64,000 bases of DNA from Squalus acanthias. Lineage: Eukaryota. Below, piece by piece: positions 37,321-48,288 of the stretch; position 1 is the stretch's first letter, and each line of letters starts with the position of its first letter. The DNA is taken from positions 558,001 through 622,000 of the forward strand of contig JASTWF010000121.1 in the NCBI GenBank assembly GCA_030390025.1. The letters are read 5' to 3'. The translations under genes were made by a program, and so were the position numbers. Under the pieces are notes generated by a model. The model saw only the letters and a program-made list of their open reading frames with translations, did not search any database and had not been told where the DNA came from.

Positions 37321-38699
37321 GGAAAGCAGGAGTGGGAGATATCTGACTCATGATGTCTCTATTAAGAGCGGGAAAAAGTGTGTGTGTGAAGATTTGTGAC
37401 AAATCTTGCAGTTGAGTGGAGTTGCGATTGCCGTAGTCAGTCATTGCAAAATGTTTCTACTGGTTGCATCGAATCTATTGGTGTATTAGGCTGTTATCCT
37501 TCTGTCAGAGAGAGGCACTGAGAGAAGGAGACTGCGCAGAAGCACTGAGGCCCCACATCAATAGAACCCTTAAAAATATCAGCACAAAAGGTCCAACTGA
37601 ATAATGTAAGTTTTAGGAAAGGTGAGAAACTCAAGACTCAAACTCGAAAGAGAACTTGTGGCTCTGCAACCGGAGGTATTGGCGAGATGTCCAATAGGAC
37701 TCGGGAGCTGGCTATGGACCAGCTTCAATATTCGGTGAATTATTTGTTTTATGAATTTATGATGTTATAAACCTTGTTGTTTCGGTCTAAATGTTTGGGT
37801 AGCTGAGGAAATGACAAAGGCTCCACAGAAATGGGAACAATTTATCTCATCAGTTTGTTTGGTTTATTCTGTGGTAGCCGTTGGTTCATGAATGGCAGCG
37901 TTGAAACAAACCCAGCATTTTAATTGAGCATCAGTGACTTTTCCCACCGATCCATAAATGCAACTAGTTTTCAATTGGTTTGCATTTAATTGATGGGATA
38001 TTTGAGGCAGTGAGCATGGTTAGCTTAGCAGGTAGTTCTTAATAAACACAAGCATTATTTGATGACACTTTCGAGGTGTAATACTTTTGACAAGTGTGAC
38101 TTTCTGATGTGCATTAGATATAATTAAAGCAGTGGATCTTCCGTGGCATTGCTCCTGGTCTGTTGGATGACGTGCTGTTTTACAGCAACAGAAATGTTGG
38201 ACCGTTTGGTGCACAATGCATTATTCTGCTGCCGTGGTGGAGATTTGTTTAAGCTACAGTTTGCCTATAAAATCAGAAAATGTAATTGGTGTAAATCCCA
38301 AGGTCAATTAAAGATTAATTGTTGGTGAGAGAGGTGCTTGTAACCAACATGTAATGAGACTTATTCTTTTTATATATACTTTCAAAAGTGTGATACGTGA
38401 AGTCTGATGGACACATGGTAGACACAAGACTTCTGAAAGTGCATGGAACACTGACAGCACCCATAAGGCCTATAGGCAAAATGCAGTAGCCTACACGATC
38501 AGAAAAGGATTCTACTCCATCGGTGTGCAGCTACTGCGTGATATCAATGCCATGTCAGGCGGGACAACACCCCTTCCCAGGCAGCAGTCCCTGCTCTTTC
38601 ACTTTAAGAAAATTATCTGTGGCAGGTTTATTTGAAGGTGAAGGCATGTCTTTACTCTCAGTCCCTCTCCCTCCTTTCACAATCTTTGCCCCCGTCTGC

Positions 38700-39090
38700 C
38701 TCCCTACCAGCCTCTGCATTTGCTACATCATCTTCTGTCATTTCTACCACCTACAGTATGATGCCACCAGCGAGCATATCATCTCCTTCTCTCCTCTCTC
38801 CACTTTCCTTCTTGTTCACTGATCCTCCAGCCCAATTTTCAGCTGCTCCTTGACTGGCACCTTCCTGTGTAAGTGCAGGAGATCCGACACCTATCCATTC
38901 AACTCCTCCCACAACATCGTTCAGAGCCTCAAACACTCCGAGGATGTGAGATGCAGTTTATGTGTTCCTCCTCTATTCCAGGATACTGTATTCACTGCTC
39001 ACACTGTGCTTTCTTTACACAGATTAGGTGACTGTTTTACCTGAGACCTCTATTCTATCTGCAGATTGTCTCCCTGTGGTCTGCTGCCTT
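38700..39090 (+). mobile_element. Degraded Penelope-like element (GIY-YIG region)
   Basis: GTFLCKCRRSDTYPFNSSHNIVQSLKHS...HRLGDCF resembles the Cys-rich linker and GIY-YIG region of vertebrate Penelope elements. Confidence 0.55.
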
Positions 39091-40372
39091 TATTTCCTCT
39101 CCTATCCTCACTCCCTTTGGCTCACCAAAGGTGTCTGTGCTTTCCTGGGCTCGACACTGCGCTCTGGAATTGCCTCCCTCGACCTCTCTGCCTCTTTCTC
39201 CTTTTTTAGGACCCCCTTAAAACCCGTCTCTTTGACCAAGCTTTTGGTTAACTCTCTTAATACCTCCTTTGGCTTGGTGTCCATTTTTCCTTCTACCTCT
39301 GTCAAGCACCTTGGATGTTTTTCTATATTAAAGGCACTATATAAACACAACTTGTTGACCTCTCCACCTTTGGCCTCTGATACTGTTCCAAATGAGTGCA
39401 ACGTAAGCTTCAGAGTCAATTAACTTTATCCTGGAAACTCTTTAACCCTCTGGTCTGAATATTGATTTAGTAACCTCAGACTTTAGCTATATTCCCCCAT
39501 TGTCTATGTGGTAGAGGGTGCCGGTGATGTGGGGTGGGTCTTTTAGTGTCAGAGGGCAGGAGAGGCGGGTTGGCATTTGGGGTGGAGAGCCGAGGGAAGA
39601 TTTCCCCGTTCCTGTGCCTGGGCGTATTGAACCGCCTGGGCACAACGTGTGGAGAAAGATCGGTTGAGGAGGAGTGTAGGTCCGTAAAGAAGCCTGCCTG
39701 ATGTTCCCTCCATTCATTTAATGGACAGGAGATTGGGTGGGCTCCCTCATGGACGCGTGCTTCTCTCTCCCCTCGATTCAATATCCCAGGCATTGCAATA
39801 CATCCAGGTGCAGAAACAGGGAGATCTATCTCCTTTGTCAGAAGACTCAGCTGTTGCTGGAGTTTGTGGCCTTGGTGATGGTCTGTTTTTCCTCTCTACA
39901 GGACAGGCTGATCTACTGTATCTACCCAGTATTTTCTATTTTAATCTTGGACCTGATCTACAGGCTTTTTGTGTCTTTCTTTTCAACTTCCTCAATTTTC
40001 TTGCTTTCTCCCTCATCTGGGCCTCTCGCTCCTTTAACGATTCACGTGTTCTTCGCATCTTTAATGCTTTCAACTTCTTTAATGCTTCTTCCAGTTGCCC
40101 AACTGAGATGATCTTTTTTACATCATCTAACAATCTCCTGCTTTTCATTTCAGCAGCTTACGGATCATTCAACCTATTAACGCCATCTTTGTGCTTGGAG
40201 TTTCTCCTCCTTGTGTCCTGATTCTGTTGAAATGCTCGCTGATCTTTCAGCTGTCCGTTCTGAAGCAGGGCGTTGCCTGAACTGTTGACCTGTCTTCTCT
40301 CTCTACAGATGCTGACTGACCGGCTGTGCTTCCAGCAACTTCTGTTTTTTTGTTTCAGATTTACAACATTGG

Positions 40373-40524
40373 GGCCCTGAAATTCTGTGGGGCTTCTTCC
40401 TGTTTCCTGCCATGACCTCAGTGGGAGATCGGCAGAAACTCTGTCACAATGTGCAGTCATTTACACCATTTCTCCATAGGTTACAGCGGGAAACTGGTAG
40501 AACCCCATCAGAATTTCCAGGCCT
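40373..40524. mobile_element. Degenerate hairpin MITE
   Basis: ggccctgaaattctgtgggg ... ccccatcagaatttccaggcc inverted arms. Confidence 0.6.
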
Positions 40525-40709
40525 TTTTATGAACATACGTTATAATGTTAGCTCCACAGCTCTTGCATTGTAATATACTCGGGGCTATAGTCACAGGAAA
40601 TTTGAAGAACACATCAAGTGACACAGAAGGGCCCAGCCTGCAGCACAATGTGTGTCAGTAAAGGAACGTGCATCATGCAGCTTGGTTGTGTTAGAAGGAA
40701 TTAGAGTCG

Positions 40710-41562
40710 AATCATAGGATGGTTACAGCACATTAGGCCCGTCGAGCACGTGCCGGCTCTCTGCAAGAGCACTTCAGCTAGTCCCACTCCCCCACCCTTT
40801 CCCCGTAGCCCGGCAATTTGTTTTCCTTCAGGTATTTATCCAATTCCCTTTTGAAAGCCACGATTGAGTCTGCCTCCAGCACCCTTTCAGGCAGCGCATT
40901 CCAGATAATAACCACTCGCTGCATAAAAAAGTTTTTCCTCATGTCGCCTTTGGTTCTTCTGTCAATCACCTTAAAACTGTGTCCTCTGGTTCTCGACCCT
41001 TCCGCCAATGGGAACAGTTTCTCTCTATCTACTCTGTCTAGACCCCTCATGATTTTGAACACCTCTATCAAATCTCCTCTCAACCTTCTCTGCTCTAAGG
41101 AGAACAACCCCAGCTTCTCCAGTCTGTCCACATAACTGAAATCCCTCATCCTTGGAACCATTCTCGTAAATCTTTTCTGCACCCTCTCTAAGGGCTTCAC
41201 ATCCTTCCTAAAGTGTAGTGCCCAGAATACTTCAGTTGAGGTTAAACCAGTGTTTTATAAAAGTTCATCATAACTTCCTTGTTTTTGTACTCTCTGCCTC
41301 TATTTATGAAGCCCAGGATCCTGTATGCTTTTGTAACCGCTTTATCAACCTGCCTTGCACCTTCAATGATTTGTGCACATTTACCCCCAGGTCTCGCTGT
41401 TCATGCAGCCCCTTTAGGATGGTACCCTTTAGTTTATATTGCCTGTCCTCGTTCTTCCTATCAAAATGTATCACTTCGCACTTTTCTGCATTAAGTTTCA
41501 TCTTCCACCTCTCCGTCCAATCCACCAGCCTGTCTATGTCTTCTTGAAGTCTATCACTATCC
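40710..41562 (-). mobile_element. 5'-truncated CR1
   Basis: LERVQKRFTRMVP...RRLRGDLIEVFKIMRG. Confidence 0.9.
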
Positions 41563-41674
41563 TACTTATGCCTACTTATGTGCGTATACAGTAAGCATTG
41601 AAAGGGCTGTGAGGCTGTAGGAATGTTTGTTTGGGACAGCCATGAAAGAATAGCAGGTTTTGAGGAAACCCCTT

Positions 41675-41851
41675 GGGGTGGATCTTGACTTTGTGCGATT
41701 GTGTAAACCGGGTGATCGTGAGTCGGGAGCACGTTCTACATCTCTCCCGGTTTTTATTTCTATTGGGATCAATAATCGGGAGAGATGTAGAACGGGCTGC
41801 CGACTCGCGATCACCCGTTTTACACAATCGCACAAAGTCAAGATCTACCCC
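41675..41851. mobile_element. 177-bp near-perfect hairpin MITE (PIF/Harbinger-like)
   Basis: GGGGTGGATCTTGACTTTGTGCGATTGTGTAAA ... TTTACACAATCGCACAAAGTCAAGATCTACCCC, arms ~75 bp; 3-bp CTT on both flanks. Confidence 0.85.
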
Positions 41852-41929
41852 CTTGTGACAGACCTGGCTTAAGAACACTGCTGTGCAGCCTTATCTCCAT
41901 GGTTTGCTTCAGATCGCTCTTACTGGTCG

Positions 41930-42755
41930 GTTCAGTGGCAAATGAACTTTAACAGAGATAAATGTGAGGTGATGCACTTTGGTAGGAAAAATAGAAACAT
42001 CACCGACACCTTAGACAATAAGAAACTGAATGGGGTGGAAGAGCAAAGGGATCTCGGGATACAGGGGAACAAATCATTAAAAGCAGCATCGCAGGTCAGC
42101 AGAGCAATTCAAAATGCTAACAAAGCACGGGGATTTATTTCTAGGGGTATCGAATTCAAAAGTAGAGAAGTTACGATAAACTAGTACAGGACCCTGGTCA
42201 GGCCACACTTGGAGTACTGCGCACAGTTCAGGTCTCCAGACTATAAAAAGGACACAGAAGCACAGGAGAAAGTGTGAGGAAGATTTACAAGGATAGTGCG
42301 GGAACAGAGAGATTACAGCTCTCGGGAAAGATTGAACAGGTTGGAGCTTTTTTTCTTTAGGTGACCTGATAGAGGTCTTTAAAATTCTGAATGGGTTGGA
42401 CAGGGTAGATGTGGAGAGATGTTTCCACTTGTGGGAGAATCTAAAACCAGGGGCCATAAATACAAGATAGTTATGAATAAATCCAATGGGGAAATGAGGA
42501 GAAATGTCTTTACTCAGAGGCTGGTTAGAATGTGGAACTCATTACCACAGGAAGTGGTTGGGACGAATAGCTTAGTTGCTTTTAAAAGGAAACTAGACGA
42601 GTACATGAGAGAAAAGGGAGGAGAAAGATCTGCTGAAAGGCTGAGATGAGGTCGATAGAATGGGAGGAGTCTCGTGTGGAGTATAAAGACCAGCACAGAC
42701 TAGTTGGGCCGAATGGTCAGTTTCTGTGCGGTATATTCTATGTAATTCGATGTAA
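41930..42755 (+). mobile_element. Degraded CR1 3' fragment
   Basis: FNRDKCEVMHFGRKN...FPLVGESKTRGHKYKI. Confidence 0.85.
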
Positions 42756-43315
42756 TATTTGCTGACAATCTGCTGCAAGTTGGTAAGAGCATTCATCCTG
42801 TCAGTTAATTCCCACAAGGCCCATTACACCAGTCTTTTTAGGGAAGGGGCTCCACGATGTGACAGAGGACGGAGTTCCTTCCCTCACTTTATCCAGCGTG
42901 AGTTTCAGTGCAGCATCAGTAATTCTGGCCGTGTGTGGTCAAGAAGCGACTGCTGTGCAGCAACTTTGAAGCTTTAAAGCCCTTCCTTTATGCTGCAGGT
43001 GAGAATGCAGCTGTTTAAATGTCTGCTACAGCTCTTTGAATAAGTGCCAGCTGTGAACGTTGTGCAAATGCTCCTTTAGACAGCCCGTTCTGTGGGCAGG
43101 AACTTGCACTGAACGGATAATATATGCCGATCGCAGTGCATTCAGCAGATGCACTTGTATCACATCACCCACTCCCAAGGTGCAGGCAAACAGGGTTTCC
43201 ATGCTCTAAGGTTCAGTTCACCTTCAGCACATCATCATTTTAAGCAGGTGAAGGTTTTATAAAATGTTGTGCTTCAAGTTGTATTATTATTATTGGTTCT
43301 TTTCAATATTAACAG

Positions 43316-43663
43316 GTCCATTGGCTGATCCGGTCCTTATTCAGGATCCAACAGTCAGCAAGGTATCAGTGGGTGAAACCGTCCAGTTACAATGTGCCAT
43401 GTACAATGCCAGTGTGAGTGACACTGATGTCCACTGGCACTACCAGCGACCTGGGAACAACAGCGAGTGGGTGATGAGCCAGTTTGTGAATGGCACCATT
43501 ACCAGGTCCCGGGGTTTCCACGACCGTTTTCAGCCTTCCAGGAACGTCACCAGTAACAGTTACATTCTGACCATCGTGAATGTGTCCCTCAGTGATACTG
43601 CTGTCTACAGCTGTGGTGTGTGGAGCTCCATCTATGGAGCAGGGACCCAGCTCAATGTAACCG
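43316..43663 (+). CDS. Ig V-set exon 2 with germline-joined J-like strand (membrane-proximal domain)
   Basis: aacAG acceptor, GTAAGT donor, 348 bp, phase 1/1. Reads PLADPVLIQDP...VQLQCAM...DVHW...DRFQPS...YILTIVNVSLSDTAVYSC GVWSSI YGAGTQLNVT; ~48% identical to exon 1 by manual alignment. Confidence 0.95.
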
Positions 43664-45336
43664 GTAAGTCAATGTTAGCTAACACTGGCAGGGTCTCAGT
43701 AACAGCACCGTATTGAGTATAAGAACACGAAAGCTATGGGATGAGACAAGGCCATTTGGACACTGAGCTCTGTCCTTCCAACAGCAATGCCCAGTTTGTC
43801 CAGTCACAGACTCGCCTCCATTCATTTACTGTAAGTTGGCAGATAACCACAGGGAACACTTGTAAAGAAATGTCCTCCCAACCATCCCCACAGCAACTGT
43901 GCAAAAACACTTCGACAGGGAAACAGTCCAATGAGATTCAATCTTTAAAATAAAATAATGTAAATGTTGGAAATCCGAAATAAAACAGAAAATGCTAGAA
44001 ATACATAACAGGCCGATGCCCATCTGTACAGAGAAAGGCCGGGCTCATGTTTTGGGCTTATAGCCTGAATAAACTGGGGGAAAACAGCCCCTTTTAGACT
44101 CAACAAGATGAAGTGGGGAACGGGGCAGAGAGAAGAGCTGAAAGACAACAGGCCTCACAAAGAGGCAGCTGATTGGTTCAGTGACCCGCCAATAGGTTTA
44201 TAATAAGGCTGGAAAGAGGTGTCAACAGGTCGATGATAGACGGAGATCATCTCCAGGAGGCAACAAGGAGGATTAACACAGGAAAAGGATGTGAAAATAG
44301 CTCCATGTGAAAAGGTACTGGGAATATACACAGCAAATAAACTCCAGAATCAAGTGGACAGAGGTGGAAAACATGGAAAGAGAAATGGGAGAATAACAAG
44401 AGAAAATAGTCTGAATCACATTTACCCGCCCATTTCCCATCTCCCTTCTCCCCTTTTCCGACATCCACCTAATTCCAATCTAATCTTGAATGTTGACATA
44501 GTTTCTGCCGCAACCGTTAACTGTGCAAGTGAATTCCAAGCCTCAGGACTTTAAATCCCAAGAAGCTATAGTTCCTGTCGCCACTGGCGAAGGTGGCCAT
44601 TCCCTGGCAGCTTGCCAGCCTGAGCCCACCGCCTACGATGCAAGTGAGCTGCCCGGTGTGGGCATGGAACAGGAGGGAGTGCACGGCCACTGGGCTACTG
44701 TCAGCGGAATGGCAGAGAGCAAATCCAGGCCACTGTTCCCAAAGATTATGTTGAACTTGGTTGGAACAGGTTAGGAGGTCAAAGATGGAGAGGTCTGAGT
44801 GAGAAAGAGAAGAGGCTGAACAGCAAGCGGATTTAGATAATGCCTTTCACGTAAAGTGCTTCCCAGGTCACAGAGATATGAGGAAAAGAATGGTTCCCAA
44901 GCCAGGGAGGGTTGGGGAACGTGGGCCGGCAGCGAGCTGGAGTTGTGTGGCGAGCAAGGAGGATCATTCCTGCTCCTTCCGACTCCACAAAAACAACATT
45001 TGGGAAGTTCTGGGGCTTTTTGAGGCCTTTTGTTGAGCGGTGTCCTGCGATCCCTTTAGCTTTGGCCCAAACTGCCATGTAGATCAGGCGAGGGCCTCTG
45101 CGCTGCTCAATTGGTTGTCTTTGCGCCTGTTTTAGGCCCATAAAATGGACACAACAATGTTAAAGTAAGAAATAACAACAGAAAATGCTGGAAACACTCA
45201 GCAGGTCAGGCAGCATCGTGGAGAGAGAAACAGAGTTAACGTTTCGGGTCGATGACCCTTCGTCAGAATGTTAAAGTAAGACCCCATTATATCTGATGGA
45301 CCTGACACTCAAGGCTGTTAACTTGCCAAATATAAA

Positions 45337-45514
45337 GGGGGCAATTTTAAGCGAACCCGCCCGTTGGACACTGATGGACTCGGGTGCAATACTGGTTTTA
45401 AAACCCGCCCGATTTTACTGTCCATTGAAGAATAATATTGTGTGGAGAGTAAAACTGACTTTCCATCCGATCCCGTCAGTGTCCCGACTGGTCAGTTCGG
45501 ATAAAATTACGCCC
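45337..45514. mobile_element. Hairpin MITE, same family as 1491-1668
   Basis: ggggcaatttt...aaaattacgccc termini; shared core cccgcccgat(a/t)ttactgtcca. Confidence 0.65.
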
Positions 45515-45612
45515 AAGGACTCTAATCTAAACTAACTCTGCTGGTTTTCTGTCAATCTTGGACATTGAGCTTACTGAAGCTGCCGTGTGTGTAACGTTCT
45601 GATATTTTACAG

Positions 45613-45763
45613 AAGAATCATCCGACAATCATTCCTGGATGTCCGATCTTACTTTTATTAGCATGGGCACAATTCTGGGCTTCGTTGTCTTATTCTGCAT
45701 TCTTCTGGGGTCATTGTTCCTCGTAAAACAAAGGATGCGCTTGGCAAAGAGCTCAACACAAGG
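45613..45763 (+). CDS. Transmembrane exon of the receptor
   Basis: ttttacAG acceptor, GTAAAT donor, phase 1/2. In frame with V exon 2: (E)ESSDNHSWMSDLTFISMGTILGFVVLFCILLGSLFLV-KQRMRLAKSSTQ(G), a hydrophobic span followed by a basic stop-transfer sequence. Confidence 0.88.
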
Positions 45764-46199
45764 GTAAATACAATTCCATCCCGTGTCTGATACTGTTGCA
45801 GCACAGAGTCATTACTTGATAATTCGCTGATTTTGATGAGCAAACATACTTCCATTGGACTGCACAGTCCCATTGCAAGTCGTGTGATCTGCTACTGTTG
45901 AGACCATCGCATGTCCAGATGCCCAACTGCTGTCCGTTATCTCCAACTCCGTCATGGCATCGCCCTTACCCCAGCACCGGCCCAGAGACAGCCGCTAGTT
46001 AGAGTCCAATGGGTGAAGCACTGAACATCACCCTGCAGGACCCCCTGTAGGAGCCGGCTCATTTCCCACCTACCCCACCTGACCAGCTATCTCCGAGTGT
46101 CGGTCTAGTGCCCGCGGCTCACTGGCCGCACGGCGCCTCATGGTGACAAGAACAAGCACTCGGCTCAACCAGTCCGTGTTGGCATTTACCCTCCACACC

Positions 46200-46670
46200 A
46201 ACTAATAGTCTGAATCACATTTACCCGCCCTGTTCCCATCTCCCTTCATCCCCTTTTCCTTCATCCCCCTCTCCAATCTAATCTCCAATGTTGACAGTTT
46301 CTGCCTCAAGCACTAACCCTGGGAGTAAATCCCACAGCCTCACAATACTCTGTGTGAACAGATTTCACCAGCCCGCCGCTCTAAATCTCTGACATTTAAT
46401 CTTCTATCTCTGGCCCCTCATTCTTTGCCACTTAACTACAGGTAACAGTCTGCTTCTATCTACCCGGTCCCATCTTGTCAGAATTTGAAACAACTCGATC
46501 ATATCGCCCCGTAATCTGCAGTGTTCTAATGAAGAAAACAATTTCTCAAATCCTTCTTTGTATTTATATTTCCTCATATCAGGCAGCATCCCAGTGAACC
46601 TGTGCTGTTCCCTCACTGAAGCCTCGATATCCTTCCTATAGTGGAGCCCAATACTGCACACAGTCCTCTA
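46200..46670 (-). mobile_element. Degraded CR1-like 3' fragment
   Basis: LEHCRLRGDMIELFQIL...DRVDRSRLLP; its end is repeated at ~44405-44530. Confidence 0.7.
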
Positions 46671-46747
46671 ACTGGTGGCCCACCTGCCAGCACCTGCCCC
46701 CTCTGCCCTCCTCCTGCGGAGTGCCGGCCGCGATCACTCAGCCTGAC

Positions 46748-48288
46748 GCTCCTCTACAGTGCCGGGCTCTCCTCTAGAGTGCCGGGCTCTCCTCTACAGT
46801 GCCGGGCTCTCCTCTACAGTGCCGGGCTCTCCTCTACAGTGCCGGGCTCTCCTCTAGAGTGCCGGGCTCTCCTCTACAGTGCCGGGCTCTCCTCTAGAGT
46901 GCCGGGCTCTCCTCTACAGTGCCGGGCTCTCCTCTACAGTGCCGGGCTCTCCTCTACAGTGCCGGGCTCTCCTCTACAGTGCCGGGCTCTCCTCTAGAGT
47001 GCCGGGCTCTCCTCTACAGTGCCGGGCTCTCCTCTACAGTGCCGGGCTCTCCTCCAGAGTGCTGGGCTCTCCTCTACAGTGCCGGGCTCTCCTCTACAGT
47101 GCCGGGCTCTCCTCTACAGTGCCGGGCTCTCCTCTACAGTGCCGGGCTCTCCTCCAGAGTGCTGGGCTCTCCTCTACAGTGCCGGCCTCTCCTCTACAGT
47201 GCCGGGCTCTCCTCTACAGTGCCGGGCTCTCCTCTACAGTGCCGAGCTCTCCTCTAGAGTGCCGGGCTCTCCTCTACAGTGCCGAGCTCTCCTCTACAGA
47301 GCCGGGCTCTCCTCTACAGTGCCGGGCTCTCCTCTACAGTGCCGGGCTCTCCTCTACAGTGCCGGGCTCTCCTCTACAGTGCCGGGCTCTCCTCTACAGT
47401 GCCGGGCTCTCCTCTACAGTGCCGGGCTCTCCTCTACAGTGCTGGGCTCTCCTCTAGAGTGCCGGGCTCTCCTCTACAGTGCCGGGCTCTCCTCCAGAGT
47501 GCTGGGCTCTCCTCTAGAGTTCCGGGCTCTCCTCTACAATGCCGGGCTCTCCTCTAGAGTGCCGGGCTCTGCTCTACAGTGCCGGGCTCTCCTCTACAGT
47601 GCCGGGCTCTCCACTACAGTGCCGAGCTCTCCTCTAGAGTGCCGGGCTCTCCTCTAGAGTGCCGGGCTCTCCTCTAGAGTGCCGGGCTCTCCTCTAGAGT
47701 GCCGGGCTCTCCTCTAGATTGCCTGACGCTCCTCAACAGTGCCGGGCTCTCCTCCAGAGTGCCGGGCTCTCCTCTAGAGTGCCGGGCTCTGCTCTACAGT
47801 GCCGGGCTCTCCTCTAGAGTGCCGGGCTCTGCTCTACAGTGCCGGGCTCTCCTCTGCAGTGCCGGGCTCTCCTCTACAGTGCCGGGCTCTCCTCTACAGT
47901 GCCGGGCTCTCCTCTACAGTGCCGGGCTCTCCCCTACAGTGCCGGGCTCTCCTCTGCAGTGCCGGGCTCTCCTCTAGATTGCCTGACGCTCCTCAACAGT
48001 GCCGGGCTCTCCTCCAGAGTGCCGGGCTCTCCTCTACAGTGCCGGGCTCTCCTCTACAGTGCCGGGCTCTCCTCTACAGTGCCGGGCTCTCCTCTACAGT
48101 GCCGGGCTCTCCTCTACAGTGCCGGGCTCTCCACTACAGTGCCGGGCTCTCCTCTACAGTGCCGGGCTCTCCCCTACAGTGCCGGGCTCTCCTCTGCAGT
48201 GCCGGGCTCTCCTCTAGATTGCCTGACGCTCCTCAACAGTGCCGGGCTCTCCTCCAGAGTGCCGGGCTCTCCTCTACTGTGCCGGGCT
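46748..48288. repeat. 20-bp minisatellite GCCGGGCTCTCCTCTACAGT (~77 copies)
   Basis: Direct reading. Confidence 0.97.

Noticed and set aside
38143-38190. Leader exon candidate (MALLLVCWMTCCFT)
   Set aside because: Starts at GTG rather than ATG and has no GT donor at the expected phase-1 position.
22907-43663. Rearranging IgL/TCR locus or germline-joined Ig light chain
   Set aside because: No RSS, separate J segments or C1 exon were seen; V2 is followed in frame by a TM exon and an ITIM tail.
43316-45763. Assigning the symbol NCR3/NKp30, CD8 or PDCD1
   Set aside because: No charged TM residue (NKp30), no CxC Lck motif or hinge (CD8), and no specific similarity that I can verify by eye, so no symbol is given.
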